Positions 10,618 to 22,342 of a stretch of 64,000 bases of DNA are shown here, piece after piece. Position 1 is the first letter of the stretch. Each line of letters opens with the position of its first letter. The notes beneath the pieces were generated by a model. The model ran no database searches. It was not told where the DNA came from and saw nothing but the letters and a program-made list of their open reading frames with translations. A program made the translations under genes and the position numbers. This DNA comes from a bacterium (GTDB lineage: Bacteria; Patescibacteriota; Patescibacteriia; UBA9934), in assembly GCA_027592325.1 (NCBI GenBank), contig JAQCKO010000004.1, positions 192 through 64,191 of the forward strand, given 5' to 3'.

Positions 10618-10620
10618 TGC

Positions 10621-10696
10621 GCGGGTATAGTATAGTGGCTTATTATGTCAGACTTCCAATCTGAAGATGAGGGTTCGATTCCCTCTACCCGCTCCA
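10621..10696 (+). tRNA. tRNA-Gly(TCC)
   Basis: Cloverleaf; TCAGA-CTTCCAA-TCTGA; CCA end; terminator hairpin follows. Confidence 0.95.
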
Positions 10697-10838
10697 AAAA
10701 AACCACCTCGTAAGAGGTGGTTTTTTTGTTTGAGCTAAAATAAAGAACCGCCCACCGAGAGAACATCGCCACATCGTCTCCCGATGAGGGTGGTTCTTGG
10801 TGAGCGGCACGAAGCCACAACCCCGCTTGAGAGGGGCG

Positions 10839-11261
10839 CTATGGAGCGAAACGAACCATCTCCTCTAACGTAGTCCCGAAAGCTTTGAAGATATTCTCAG
10901 GCTCTTCGTTACGATCGAACCCGGAATACTCGAAAGCCGCATCGAACGTCGCTCTCGAAGGCAACTCCCTCCCCGCAGCCGTTGCAGCTCTACACTTCGC
11001 AATCCAGACGATGCAAAGACGGCGGTTATGCTCATGGACGAGTTCCTCAATCTCTCCCCTGGACGTACCCAGTACATTCAGAGTCACTGAGAGATCACTC
11101 TCATCCACTTGAAGGAGCCTGTGAAACATATAGAAGGCATTTGGCATCGAGGGATACGCCAAACCGTTCGATTCTGACGTCCGCGTCCGCAGGGCCGCGA
11201 GTAGCAGAATTGCATCATCACGGGCTTTATCTAGTGCCGTCTTTTCAGTACTATCATCCAA
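10839..11261 (-). CDS. Orphan hypothetical protein
   Basis: Promoter TTGACA (11319-11314)-17 nt-TATGAT, GAGGTG RBS, TTG start, terminator at ~10740-10798. Confidence 0.65.
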   Translation of the reverse strand: MDDSTEKTALDKARDDAILLLAALRTRTSESNGLAYPSMPNAFYMFHRLLQVDESDLSVTLNVLGTSRGEIEELVHEHNRRLCIVWIAKCRAATAAGRELPSRATFDAAFEYSGFDRNEEPENIFKAFGTTLEEMVRFAP

Positions 11262-11683
11262 CTTTCACCTCATTGCTATGATGACATTTAATCATAGCAG
11301 ACAAAGGTCTTTTTGTCAAACAAAAAAACACCACCAACCACTTCTCGAACCACTGACTATGTACTGCCTATAAAGTGATTGAAGGTGTGAAGATTACAGA
11401 AGGCGATGCGGTTTCGATCACCGATACCGAGAATATCAATCTCCTCCTAAACGGCCGCGCGACTTTATTTGAGGTTGAGCTATAGAAAAACACGGCCCGA
11501 AGGACGTGGTCGATAGACGTGTGCCGTTGCTAGGCAAGCACTTGTGCGAGCCGGGGAATGAGCATCTTCGCAATGCCCTGCAGCTGGTCGAGACGCACTT
11601 CTTCGAGATCGACGAGTTCCGGCATTCCCTCTCCTCACCGATCGTACGGTGATGCGGAACAATAGCGGGTTGCAGCGCGAAAA

Positions 11684-12199
11684 TCAACCCCCGCAACCTA
11701 ATCCAATACATTTTGGATCGACGGCAGCATTTTTCTCTGCCCAGTACTCAAATTGCCAACAATTACGCGATTCATTCCATGGATTGCTCCCGCGCGTTTC
11801 GTATAAATACAGCCCCATATCGATATTCGTATAGTGGTCGAATTTTCTAAGGCCTTCTTTGAATTGTGGCGTTGTTGCCTCGGTTCCATCAATGATTTGA
11901 AAATACCCATAGGCTGATGACCCACGATTTTTCACCATGCGCCAGGTACTTTCACAAAAGACAATGGCATTCAAAAGGTCCAGGTCACAATTGTTTTCTG
12001 CACAATTGATCGCAAGATATTCCCGTGGTGTTGGCTCGTGAAGCGCCTGTACGCCCTCGGGAAAAAGAAGATAGCTAAACGAAATAGACATTGTCAGCGC
12101 AAAAAAGAACATAAAAACTGCAGAAACAAACAAAAACCCCCTATCCGTGAGAGTGATTTTTCGTGTGAGCCGTTTTGACGGTTTCCCCCGATGCTTCAT
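11684..12199 (-). CDS. Membrane-anchored lysozyme-like (SLT) transglycosylase domain protein
   Basis: N-terminal TM segment; AIVFCES, SSAYGYFQI and NIDMG...PW motifs. Confidence 0.7.
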   Translation of the reverse strand: MKHRGKPSKRLTRKITLTDRGFLFVSAVFMFFFALTMSISFSYLLFPEGVQALHEPTPREYLAINCAENNCDLDLLNAIVFCESTWRMVKNRGSSAYGYFQIIDGTEATTPQFKEGLRKFDHYTNIDMGLYLYETRGSNPWNESRNCWQFEYWAEKNAAVDPKCIGLGCGG

Positions 12200-12203
12200 G
12201 CGT

Positions 12204-12689
12204 CTATTTTACCCCAATTTGTGGCGACTGCGAACCGGTATATGCAATAGCAAGCGCATCGGCGGCATCATCAATACGAGGATTATGTTCAAGCTCGAAA
12301 ATACGACGTGTCATTTCTTGCATCTGCCGTTTATCAGCGCGTCCATGCCCGGTGACGGCCAGCTTTGCATGTGAGGGCTTCACTTCAACAATACCGAGCC
12401 CTGCTTTCCGGGCGAGCATGATCACAATTCCCCGAACGCCAGCCACTTTTAGGGCCGTTGTGGTGTTTTTTGCGAAGAACAGTTCTTCAATCGCCAAAAG
12501 ATCAGGCTTATACTTTTCGAGAATGTGCTCAATATCTGCTGCCAGCTCAACAAGACGATCAGCATGCTCATGATCTTTCAATGTCGTGATCACACCGTAA
12601 TCAATAGCGTTCAGACACGAATTGTCTACATCGATAACCGCAAACCCGCAACGACCATAACCTGGATCAATTCCGAAGATTCTCATCAT
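12204..12689 (-). CDS. ruvC: Holliday junction resolvase RuvC
   Basis: GIDPG, IEELFF, GRADKRQ and DDAADALAIA motifs. Confidence 0.96.
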   Translation of the reverse strand: MMRIFGIDPGYGRCGFAVIDVDNSCLNAIDYGVITTLKDHEHADRLVELAADIEHILEKYKPDLLAIEELFFAKNTTTALKVAGVRGIVIMLARKAGLGIVEVKPSHAKLAVTGHGRADKRQMQEMTRRIFELEHNPRIDDAADALAIAYTGSQSPQIGVK

Positions 12690-12708
12690 ACCTTCATATT
12701 AACGTAAT

Positions 12709-12842
12709 TTGTCACCCGTGCGAAGGCAGAGTCTAGCGTACTCTAAATTTCGATTCGATGGATTCTCCGGCGTAGCCACGGCAGAGCCGGGCAGGCCGGA
12801 CCACGCTCCGCCTTGGCTACCACCGCTTCGCAGGAATGACAA
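12709..12842. repeat. REP-like composite palindromic element
   Basis: Shares CCGGCG(T/G)AGCCACGGC and CCGCTTCGCAGGAAT(G/A)AC modules with 26570-26740; TTCGCAGGAATGAC also at 30297-30325. Confidence 0.6.
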
Positions 12843-12957
12843 GTAACCAACGCTTCTAACGATTTCAACGTCTTCAACCTTTTCCTTAAATACTTGACGT
12901 TTTTGCCATAGAAAAAACGGCCGAAGCCGCTTTTTCTTCTGTACCTGTTGTCAGGTG

Positions 12958-15900
12958 TTACTCCTCACCTTCGGTAGGCTCTTCCCCTATTTGTGGTCCC
13001 TCTGCTTCAATTTCTGCATTCATATCAACATCTTCTTCATCCTCCTCTTCAAGGGCAGGTTCGTCGTCAGATGTGTCCTCTGGTGCATATATATCATCCT
13101 CCTCTTCAAGCTCAGCAAGACCTTCAATATAATTATCATCGAATCCTGTTCCCGCTGGAATAAGGCGCCCAATGATTACATTTTCCTTTAGACCACGCAG
13201 TTGGTCAATGCGTCCAGTGACCGCAGCATTAATGAGCACGCGCGCGGTTTCTTGGAATGACGCAGAACTGAGCCAGCTCTCCGTTGAAAGCGATACCTTG
13301 GTAATTCCAAGGAACATGTCTTCATATTCTGCTTGCTTGCCGCCTTCTGCTTTCACATGTTCTTGTTCATCAAGGAGGCTTGCGCGCTCAATGACTTCAC
13401 CCGGAAGGAAGCTTGAACCATTTGGCTCTGTCACGCGTACACGCGAGAACATTTGACGCGCAATGATTTCAATATGCTTACTATTGAGTTTTTGCCCCTG
13501 AGACGCGTACACTGTTTGAATTTCCTTCATGATGTACTGCTCCACAGCTTTACGTCCCTTGTGCTTGAAGAGCGCCTGAAGATCAATATGCCCTTCCGTA
13601 AGAACATCTCCTGCAAGCACCTGATCACCGTCCTTTACGTAAATCCCGTAACCCTGCGGGATAATATATTCACGCACTTTTGGCGCTGAATGCACAATGC
13701 TGACAATTGTCTTCGTTGCTTTCGCAACTTGACCGTCTACGTCAGAAAGAATTTTTTGCCCGCTGCTATTTTCCCCAAGGACATCTCCCTTCTTCACAGA
13801 ATCCCCTTCTTTCACGTTCAGCTTTCCGCCTCGGCCCATTGGGATCTTTACTTCATCGCTCGATTCATAGCGCACGCGAACAATCGTCTGACCTGCGCGA
13901 GTATCTTTCATTTCCTTACCGGTTCCAACTTGAACGATAGATCGCTCAGCACGTTCAACGGAAATCTGTCCCGATACTTCGGTCATGACGGCCTTTTGCT
14001 TTGGAATTCGTGCCTCGAAAAGTTCTTCCACACGTGGAAGACCTTGCGTAATGTCTTTTCCGGCAACTCCTCCCATGTGGAATGTACGCATGGTGAGCTG
14101 CGTTCCTGGTTCTCCAATCGACTGCGCGGCCATAATTCCAACTGCCGTTCCAAGCTTTACCTCTTTATTGTGCGCAAGGTCGTATCCATAACACATCTGA
14201 CAAATTCCGCGGTGCAGCTTACACGTTGTCACCGAGCGTACGTGCACTTCTTCAAGATCTTTTTTCGCAGCTGCGAGCTCGCGAATATGCTGCTCTACAA
14301 TGAGCTCCCCTGCCTTTACAACAACGGTACGCCCACCCGGCAGTTTAATGTCAGAAAGCACATGCCGTCCAAGAATACGAATGAGCAGCGGTTCTCCAAT
14401 TTCATCTGATTCTGCCTTCGTAAGCACAACACCTTCCCTGTCCTCACAGTCTTGCTTCAAAATGACAACATCTTGCGCAACATCGACAAGACGACGTGTG
14501 AGGTATCCAGCATTCGCGGTCTTTAGCGCCGTGTCGGTAAGACCTTTACGCGTACCGTGACTTGAGATGAAGAATTCAAGGACATCAACACCATCTTTAA
14601 ATGAAGACTTAACCGGAAGCTCAATTGTCTCTCCGCTTGGAGAAGCCTTAAGTCCGATCATTCCAATCATCTGTGTCATCTGACTCCAGCTACCACGCGC
14701 TTTTGATTCAATCATCGAATACGCAGATGTTCCTCGTGGGAGCGCATTCTTTGCAACTTCCGCAACACGATCTTTTATCTCAGCCCACACCTTAATAATT
14801 TGTGTGTGACGTTCTGAAGCGGTCAGAAGCCCTTGTGCAAAGTATGTTTCGATTTCCACCACACGTTTTTCTCCCTCTTGAATAATCGCGCGTTTCTCTG
14901 GAACGTCTGGAAGTTCGCTCATTCCCCATGAATATCCGGACTTTTCTGCATATTTAAATCCGAGTGTTTTCAAAGCGTCAAGCAGACCTGCAGCAAATTC
15001 CTGTCCATAAAATTCCAGCGCATCCTTCACAACAGCTGACAACTCGTTTCGCCCCATTACCGTATTTTGGAATGGAATTCGGTCAGGGAAGTGTTCGTTC
15101 AAAATCACACGTCCAACCGTTGTTGTTGTGAGCTTGCCCTCAATTGGAATCCGCATCCAGTCACGAAGACCAAGCTTTTGCATTTCAAGCGCATATTTCG
15201 CCTCTGTGACGGTTGAAAATGCTCGAAGCGTTTTTTCGTCTGGCTCTCCTTCGGTGTACGAAAGATAATACGCACCCCAAGCAATGTCTTTTCCTGGCGT
15301 TGCAACCGGACCTCCATGCGAAGGTTTCAGCAAGTTGCGAATAGAAAGCATGAGTTCATTCGCTTCCCGTTTTGCTTCCTCTGTGAGCGGAACGTGAACG
15401 GCCATTTGGTCACCGTCAAAGTCCGCATTGTACGCATCGCAAACAAGCGGGTGAATTTTAATCGCCTTTCCTTCAACGAGCTTTGGACGGAATGCCTGAA
15501 TACCAAGGCGGTGAAGCGTTGGAGCACGATTCAAAAGCACATATGCTCCTTCAATCACCTCTTCTAAGATATCCCAAACTTCTCCGCGATCAGATTCAAT
15601 GAACTTATTCGCAGAACGTATGTTGTGCACATACTCGCGCGAAATCAGCTTAGAAATCACAAATGGACGGAATAGCTCGAGCGCCATTTTTTTCGGTATA
15701 CCACATTCATCTAATTTAAGATGCGGTCCAACCACGATCACGGAACGCCCAGAGTAGTCAATACGCTTTCCAAGCAAATTTTGACGGAATCGTCCCTGCT
15801 TCCCTTTCAAAATATCTGCAAGTGACTTCAACTGACGCTTTTTCCCTGTCGCAGCTATCACCGTTTTTGATCGTCGCGCAGAGTTATCAATAAGCGAATC

Positions 15901-17013
15901 AACCGCTTCTTGCAACATGCGCTTTTCGTTTCGAGTAATTACCTCAGGCGCATTGAGCGCATGAAGACGCTTCAAACGATTGTTTCGGTTAATAACACGT
16001 CGATAGAGATCGTTGAGGTCGCTTGTCGCAAACCGTCCTCCATCAAGCGGCACCATTGGACGCAAATCAGCCGGAATAACCGGAATAGCACGTAGCACCA
16101 TCCATTCCGGATCAATGCTATTCTTCTTGAGTGACCGCAACAACTTCAAACGGCGTACATAACGATCATACTTCGTTTTAGAACGTGTTGTTTCGATTTC
16201 CTCTTCAACTTGTTTAATCGTTTCCTCAAGATTAACACGCTTCAGCAATTTAAGAATTGCTTCAGCTCCAATACCTGCATCAAAGATATGCCCAAACTTA
16301 ATCGTCCAATCATGATACGTCGTTTCAGGGATAATCTTCATGACAGCAATTTCCTTGAGGTCTTTCTCGACGCCTAGGAAATCTGCCTCAAGTTCTTCAA
16401 GTTTCTCTTCCGTTACCTTCTCAACGCGCGCAATTTCATCTTTGAGAGTCTTTGCATCATCTGCAAACTTTTGCTCAAGACGACTGATATCACGTTTTTT
16501 CTCGCCGTCGATCATTTTCTTTTTCGACTTGTATTCGGCACGCACCTGTTCAAGGGTTTGCTCACGGGCTTCTTCGTTCACATCGGTCACAATGAAACTA
16601 GAGAAATAAATAACCTTTTCAAGTGACTGCACGCCAACATCTAGAACCGTTCCAATTTTTGATGGAACACCTCGTAGAAACCAAATATGCGTTGTAGGTG
16701 CGGCAAGTTCAATATGCGCCATGCGTTCACGACGAACCACTGCCTGTGTGACTTCTACACCACATTTGTCACAAACAATCCCCTTGTACCGAATCTTTTT
16801 GTATTTTCCGCAATAACATTCCCAATCTTTTGACGGTCCGAATATTTCTTCAGCAAAAAGACCGTGCTTTTCTGGCTTTTGCGTTCGATAATTGATCGTT
16901 TCAGGCTTCGTTACCTCGCCATGAGACCATCCACGAATGATATCAGGAGAAGCAAGACGCAGCCGAATGGCATCAAAGTCTGTAGCCTTGAGGGTGTTGA
17001 TCTTATATGCCAT
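12958..17013 (-). CDS. rpoC: RNA polymerase beta' subunit
   Basis: NADFDGD, zinc finger CYCGKYK...[12 protein letters not shown]; acidic C-terminal tail. Confidence 0.99.
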   Translation of the reverse strand: MAYKINTLKATDFDAIRLRLASPDIIRGWSHGEVTKPETINYRTQKPEKHGLFAEEIFGPSKDWECYCGKYKKIRYKGIVCDKCGVEVTQAVVRRERMAHIELAAPTTHIWFLRGVPSKIGTVLDVGVQSLEKVIYFSSFIVTDVNEEAREQTLEQVRAEYKSKKKMIDGEKKRDISRLEQKFADDAKTLKDEIARVEKVTEEKLEELEADFLGVEKDLKEIAVMKIIPETTYHDWTIKFGHIFDAGIGAEAILKLLKRVNLEETIKQVEEEIETTRSKTKYDRYVRRLKLLRSLKKNSIDPEWMVLRAIPVIPADLRPMVPLDGGRFATSDLNDLYRRVINRNNRLKRLHALNAPEVITRNEKRMLQEAVDSLIDNSARRSKTVIAATGKKRQLKSLADILKGKQGRFRQNLLGKRIDYSGRSVIVVGPHLKLDECGIPKKMALELFRPFVISKLISREYVHNIRSANKFIESDRGEVWDILEEVIEGAYVLLNRAPTLHRLGIQAFRPKLVEGKAIKIHPLVCDAYNADFDGDQMAVHVPLTEEAKREANELMLSIRNLLKPSHGGPVATPGKDIAWGAYYLSYTEGEPDEKTLRAFSTVTEAKYALEMQKLGLRDWMRIPIEGKLTTTTVGRVILNEHFPDRIPFQNTVMGRNELSAVVKDALEFYGQEFAAGLLDALKTLGFKYAEKSGYSWGMSELPDVPEKRAIIQEGEKRVVEIETYFAQGLLTASERHTQIIKVWAEIKDRVAEVAKNALPRGTSAYSMIESKARGSWSQMTQMIGMIGLKASPSGETIELPVKSSFKDGVDVLEFFISSHGTRKGLTDTALKTANAGYLTRRLVDVAQDVVILKQDCEDREGVVLTKAESDEIGEPLLIRILGRHVLSDIKLPGGRTVVVKAGELIVEQHIRELAAAKKDLEEVHVRSVTTCKLHRGICQMCYGYDLAHNKEVKLGTAVGIMAAQSIGEPGTQLTMRTFHMGGVAGKDITQGLPRVEELFEARIPKQKAVMTEVSGQISVERAERSIVQVGTGKEMKDTRAGQTIVRVRYESSDEVKIPMGRGGKLNVKEGDSVKKGDVLGENSSGQKILSDVDGQVAKATKTIVSIVHSAPKVREYIIPQGYGIYVKDGDQVLAGDVLTEGHIDLQALFKHKGRKAVEQYIMKEIQTVYASQGQKLNSKHIEIIARQMFSRVRVTEPNGSSFLPGEVIERASLLDEQEHVKAEGGKQAEYEDMFLGITKVSLSTESWLSSASFQETARVLINAAVTGRIDQLRGLKENVIIGRLIPAGTGFDDNYIEGLAELEEEDDIYAPEDTSDDEPALEEEDEEDVDMNAEIEAEGPQIGEEPTEGEE

Positions 17014-17018
17014 AGGAA

Positions 17019-20000
17019 TTAGTTACGATCTCCGTCCATATCGACGGTTTTTCCATTTTTTAAGAGTTCAACGTCAAGTCCCAACCCCTTCATTTCACGA
17101 ACAAGAACATTGAATGATTCCGGAATATTCACTTTTTGAATCTTTTGATCCTTGATGATTGACTCATACGCCTTCGATCGCCCTGGTACATCGTCTGATT
17201 TGATGGTGAGGACTTCTTGAAGTGTATGCGCGGCACCGTATGCCTCAAGCGCCCAAACTTCCATTTCTCCAAACCGCTGTCCACCAAATTGTGCCTTTCC
17301 TCCGAGCGGCTGTTGAGTGATGAGTGAGTATGGCCCAATTGATCGTTGGTGCATCTTGTCTTCGACCATATGGTTCAATTTGATCATGTACATAATTCCA
17401 ACCGTGACATTGTGATCGTAAGCATCACCAGTGCGTCCATCAAGGAGAGTGAGCTGACCTGTCTTACTGTACCCAGCCGCCTGAAGCTCATCACGAATTT
17501 CTTCCTCTGAAACTCCTGCAAATACCGGTGTTGCAACATTGTAGCCGAGCTTCTCTGCGGCAAGTCCAAGATGCACCTCAAGAATTTGTCCAAGGTTCAT
17601 ACGTGACACAACTCCAAGCGGAGTAAGAATGACGTCAACAACGCGTCCATCTTTTGTGAACGGCATATCTTCAATCGGTACCACACGAGAAACAACACCT
17701 TTGTTTCCATGACGTCCAGCAACCTTGTCACCGGCTTGCATTTTACGAAGATCAGCTACGGTTACCTGAATCGACTTAATAACACCTGGTGAGAGATCAT
17801 CTCCCTCTTCACGAGAAAAGATTTTCACATCAATAACCTTCCCCTTATTTCCATGCTGCATGTAGAGCGACGTATCACGAACATCGCGCGCCTTGTCTCC
17901 GAAAATTGCGCGAAGCAATTTTTCTTCTGCAGAAAGTTCAGTCTCTCCTTTTGGCGTAATCTTCCCAACAAGAATATCGCCTGACTGCACCTCAGCCCCA
18001 ATGCGGATGATTCCCTCGGCGTCTAGGTTCTTCAGTTTTTCTTCTGACACATTCGGAATATCTGATGTCACAACTTCTGGTCCAAGTTTTGTGTCGCGAA
18101 TATCGATGGTGAGATCTTCAAGATGAACTGTTGTGAAACGATCATCCTGAACAATGCGCTCAGAAATAATCACCGCATCTTCATAGTTGTACCCATCCCA
18201 GCTCATAAAGGCAACGAGCATGTTTTGGCCAAGCGCTAGTTCACCTTTGCTTACCGATGGACCGTCTGCAAGTACATCCCCTTTTGAAACCTTCATTCCA
18301 ACATCGGCAACAGGGCGCTGATTAATCGAAGTCGAACTGTTTGAACGCACGAATTTATTAAGCCGATAGCTTTTTTCTCCAGCCTTTTTATACCGAATAT
18401 CTACGCGATTTCCGTCAACATACGTCACCTCACCTTCTTCCTCTGCAACGAGAACATGTCCTGAGTCGACAGCGGCGCGCCGTTCCATGCCGGTTCCAAC
18501 GATTGGTGCCTCTGGGCGAATACATGGAACTGCTTGGCGCTGCATGTTTGAACCCATCAGCGCGCGTGTCGCGTCATCGTGCTCAAGGAATGGAATCAAC
18601 GCTGTTCCAATCGAGACAATTTGATTGCTCGCAACGTCCATGTATTCAACCTGCACCGCGGGTGTTGTTTTTGCTTCTCCATACACACGGGCTTCAATCA
18701 TTTCATGAACAATAAACCCTTCTGCATCGACTTTCACGGTTGCCGGACAGGTCACGGTCTTTTCTTCCTTAAAGGCATTCAAATAACGAATATCATCTGT
18801 GACGCGCATCCTTCCACCTTCATTCACCACCGTTCTATACGGCGTTTCAATAAATCCATACTTATTAATGCGTGCGTAACTTGCAAGCTGACCAACGAGT
18901 CCAATATTCGGTCCTTCTGGTGTTTGAATCGGACAAATGCGGCCATAATGCGTTGTATGAACGTCACGGACCTCAAAGCCAGCACGTTCACGCGAAAGCC
19001 CTCCTTGCCCCATCGCAGAGAGTCGGCGCTTGTGTTCGAGTTCAGAAAGCGGATTAGTTTGATCCATGAATTGTGAAAGCTGCGACGACATGAAAAATTC
19101 ACGCGTTGCTCCAATCACAGGACGGGCATTAATAAGTTTCCCTGGTGTAAGACTGTCAATGTCATGCGTTGACATGCGGTCACGAATAATGCGCTCCATC
19201 CGAGCGAGTCCAATGCGGAATCGTCCCTGAATAAGCTCTCCAACCGCACGAACACGACGATTTCCAAGGTGATCTACATCATCTGGTTCGTCCTGATGAA
19301 TATTCAGCCGAATGACCTCACGGATAATTTTCACCAAATCTTCTTTTGAGAGAATACGATTCTGTTCATCTGCTGCCCCTTCTTCAGGTTGTTCCTCATG
19401 GAAACGTAAATTGAACTTATAACGACCGACTGATCCTAAATCATAACGATCGAAGTTGAAAAACATCGAATGAATAAGTTGTTTTGCATTGTCCGCGGTA
19501 GCAAGGTCACCTGGACGAATACGCTTATAGACTTCTTTCAATCCTTCTTCCTCGTTTGTCGATGCATCTTTCGCAATCGTTGATTCAATGTACCGATTCA
19601 TTGGATGCGTATCGATGTCAGCAAAGAGCGCTAAAATCTCTTCATCGGTTGTGTAGCCGAATGCACGAAGCAATGCGGTCACAGCAACTTTTCGCTTTCG
19701 ATCAATTTTAACCCAGATGACATTTTTTGCATCTGTTTCAAATTCAAGCCAAGCACCACGATTTGGAATGATTTTTGCACCGTAATAACGGCGTCCGCGA
19801 ATAACTTCAGCACTGAAGAATGCTCCAGCTGATCGCACAAGCTGCGAGACAATAACACGTTCAACACCATTGATAATGAATGTCCCTCGGTCGGTCATGA
19901 CAGGCAGATCGCCAAGAAAAATCTCTTGTTCTTTTACCTCTCCAGTACGTAAATTTTTAAGAGCTGCCTTCGCGCGTAGAGGCGCTTCGTAGGTGACATT

Positions 20001-20240
20001 TTTTTCTTTTGACGTAATTTCGTCAAATTTCGGTTCATCGAGGAAATGCTCTCGAAACTCAAGTTCTAAATCACGCCCGATGAAGTCCTTCACAGGGGAA
20101 ATTTCATTGAATAGTTCTATAATACCATCGCGCAAAAACCAGTCATATGATGACTTTTGCACCTCAATAAGGTCAGGAAGGTCCATTGCGGGTCGCAGGT
20201 CAGTAAAGTACTTGCGCTCACTTATTTGATGTTTCGCCAT
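17019..20240 (-). CDS. rpoB: RNA polymerase beta subunit
   Basis: [25 protein letters not shown] and GGQRFGEME motifs. Confidence 0.99.
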   Translation of the reverse strand: MAKHQISERKYFTDLRPAMDLPDLIEVQKSSYDWFLRDGIIELFNEISPVKDFIGRDLELEFREHFLDEPKFDEITSKEKNVTYEAPLRAKAALKNLRTGEVKEQEIFLGDLPVMTDRGTFIINGVERVIVSQLVRSAGAFFSAEVIRGRRYYGAKIIPNRGAWLEFETDAKNVIWVKIDRKRKVAVTALLRAFGYTTDEEILALFADIDTHPMNRYIESTIAKDASTNEEEGLKEVYKRIRPGDLATADNAKQLIHSMFFNFDRYDLGSVGRYKFNLRFHEEQPEEGAADEQNRILSKEDLVKIIREVIRLNIHQDEPDDVDHLGNRRVRAVGELIQGRFRIGLARMERIIRDRMSTHDIDSLTPGKLINARPVIGATREFFMSSQLSQFMDQTNPLSELEHKRRLSAMGQGGLSRERAGFEVRDVHTTHYGRICPIQTPEGPNIGLVGQLASYARINKYGFIETPYRTVVNEGGRMRVTDDIRYLNAFKEEKTVTCPATVKVDAEGFIVHEMIEARVYGEAKTTPAVQVEYMDVASNQIVSIGTALIPFLEHDDATRALMGSNMQRQAVPCIRPEAPIVGTGMERRAAVDSGHVLVAEEEGEVTYVDGNRVDIRYKKAGEKSYRLNKFVRSNSSTSINQRPVADVGMKVSKGDVLADGPSVSKGELALGQNMLVAFMSWDGYNYEDAVIISERIVQDDRFTTVHLEDLTIDIRDTKLGPEVVTSDIPNVSEEKLKNLDAEGIIRIGAEVQSGDILVGKITPKGETELSAEEKLLRAIFGDKARDVRDTSLYMQHGNKGKVIDVKIFSREEGDDLSPGVIKSIQVTVADLRKMQAGDKVAGRHGNKGVVSRVVPIEDMPFTKDGRVVDVILTPLGVVSRMNLGQILEVHLGLAAEKLGYNVATPVFAGVSEEEIRDELQAAGYSKTGQLTLLDGRTGDAYDHNVTVGIMYMIKLNHMVEDKMHQRSIGPYSLITQQPLGGKAQFGGQRFGEMEVWALEAYGAAHTLQEVLTIKSDDVPGRSKAYESIIKDQKIQKVNIPESFNVLVREMKGLGLDVELLKNGKTVDMDGDRN

Positions 20241-20575
20241 AGTAAAGAGATAGAAGTTAGACCCTAAACGAAAAACAACCTTGATTGCTCAAGGAGGCGA
20301 TAATTACTTATTGCGCGGAAACGGAGCGTCCATTGCGTCGCAGCCTACGAGCGCAAGAGATCGCCGATGTGCTGATATGATCAGCATGTTTTTCGCTAAT
20401 CTTCGTTAAGTATATACACTGAGCCTCAGTATATATATGAACTCGAACCAAGAGCCGGGCGGTCAAGTTAACGGGATTATACAAAAACCACAGCAAACCG
20501 TCAATAGGGACGACTTCTGCAGGAGAACGAGTCACCGCTCCTCATTCTCCTGCAAGTACATCGACAAAGTCGTAT

Positions 20576-21577
20576 TTAGCGAGCCTTAACAGCTTTTTCA
20601 GTTTCCTTTCGTAATTTTTCCAAAAATTTTGGGTTCTCTTTCAGATACGCCTTTGCTTTTTCGCGTCCAACACCTAATTTTTCTTCTCCCGCCGTGTAGC
20701 TATTCCCACTTTTTTGAATAGTCCCCATTTCAACTCCGAGCTCAAGCAAATCACCAGCGATAGAAATGCCTTCATTGTACATGATATCAAATTCACACTG
20801 CTGGAAAGGTGGGGCAACCTTGTTTTTCACAATTTTAACTTTTACACGATTTCCAATAATACTTTCACCCTGTTTGATTTGTGCCGAACGACGTACTTCA
20901 ATGCGCACAGATGAATAAAATTTTAGCGCATTTCCACCGGTTGTTGTCTCCGGATTTCCAAACATCACACCAATCTTCATGCGAATTTGGTTGATGAAAA
21001 TCACCGTCGTACCCGATTTGCTCACAATCCCTGTCAGCTTACGAAGTGCCTGACTCATAAGTCGCGCTTGAAGCCCCATGTGACTCGCGCCCATATCACC
21101 TTCGATTTCTGCTTTCGGTGTAAGAGCGGCAACAGAATCGATGACTATGACATCAACAGCATTCGATCGCACAAGCGTTTCAACAATTTCAAGCGCTTGC
21201 TCTCCTGTATCTGGTTGTGAGATGAACAATTCCTCAGTATTTACGCCGATTTTCTCTGCATAATCAGGGTCAAGTGCATGCTCAGCGTCCACGAAAGCAG
21301 CAACGCCACCAATTTTTTGCACTTCCGCAACAATATGCTGCGCAAGTGTGGTTTTTCCTGATGATTCTGGTCCGTAGATCTCAATAATACGTCCGCGGGG
21401 AACGCCGCCAACTCCAAGTGCAAGGTCGAGAGACAGGCATCCGGTTGGAATCGCATCAACGGCCATTGCCTTTGCCTCGCCAAGGCGCATTATCGATCCT
21501 TCGCCGAACCTTTGCTTAATCTGGTTCATTGCCTCAGCAGCTGCTTGAAGCTTTGCGTTCTGGTCTGTTTTTGCCAT
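20576..21577 (-). CDS. recA: Recombinase RecA
   Basis: [20 protein letters not shown] and KNKVAPPF motifs; start at MAKTDQ. Confidence 0.99.
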   Translation of the reverse strand: MAKTDQNAKLQAAAEAMNQIKQRFGEGSIMRLGEAKAMAVDAIPTGCLSLDLALGVGGVPRGRIIEIYGPESSGKTTLAQHIVAEVQKIGGVAAFVDAEHALDPDYAEKIGVNTEELFISQPDTGEQALEIVETLVRSNAVDVIVIDSVAALTPKAEIEGDMGASHMGLQARLMSQALRKLTGIVSKSGTTVIFINQIRMKIGVMFGNPETTTGGNALKFYSSVRIEVRRSAQIKQGESIIGNRVKVKIVKNKVAPPFQQCEFDIMYNEGISIAGDLLELGVEMGTIQKSGNSYTAGEEKLGVGREKAKAYLKENPKFLEKLRKETEKAVKAR

Positions 21578-21614
21578 AGAAATAAAAAAGAGTGCTAAAA
21601 AGACCTCCACAGTT

Positions 21615-22337
21615 CTAGTTTACATGTAAAGTGGTGGTGTGATCAAAGTGGTTAACCACAGTTGAGCTAGGTTGGTAATCAACGTAGCGCGTATCCTCTG
21701 CACTTTTTGAATACGGACGCTTTGCAATGATATGCACTTTATTCACCCCCAAATGAAGCGGTACCGTAACTGAAAAGCTTCCATCCTCTTCTAAAACTGC
21801 ACGGTCATCATTTACAAAGACTTCCGATTCACTTGAAACACGTCCTGATGCTGTAAGAACACCAGATTGTGTTTCAAAGTACGGGAGCGGCGCATACACA
21901 ATAAGCTCAGGCGCTCGCGTGAGCCGGACAATATGCACGCCAAGAAATATCAGCATTGTCGTAGCGATAAGAAAAAACGCCCCCATCTTTCTAAACTGTG
22001 ACACAGCCAAAAATTGAAGAATTGATTGACGTTGGCGAGGAGCTTGATGCGGCGCGACAAGATCGCAAATACCACATTCTTCGTCATATAATTCTAAAAA
22101 GTACGTGCTATCCGCTCCGAGCTCACGCGCATATGCTGTGATAAATTTTCGTATATACAGGCCATCTGGAAGTAATTCATACTGCCCTTTTTCAAGTGCT
22201 TCCAAGTATGATTTACGAATATGCGTGCGGCGCGAAAGCATATCAATGCTCACCGAATGCGTTCTTCTGAGAGCAAGCAACTGCTGACCGAGCGTTTCGG
22301 GCGCTGAATCACTCAATTTTCGCATGACAAAAACCAT
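21615..22337 (-). CDS. RodZ-like HTH membrane protein with C-terminal Ig-like domain
   Basis: HTH (YLEALEKG...[14 protein letters not shown]), a TM segment, then a beta-rich domain; follows ftsK. Confidence 0.75.
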   Translation of the reverse strand: MVFVMRKLSDSAPETLGQQLLALRRTHSVSIDMLSRRTHIRKSYLEALEKGQYELLPDGLYIRKFITAYARELGADSTYFLELYDEECGICDLVAPHQAPRQRQSILQFLAVSQFRKMGAFFLIATTMLIFLGVHIVRLTRAPELIVYAPLPYFETQSGVLTASGRVSSESEVFVNDDRAVLEEDGSFSVTVPLHLGVNKVHIIAKRPYSKSAEDTRYVDYQPSSTVVNHFDHTTTLHVN

Positions 22338-22342
22338 ACGTG

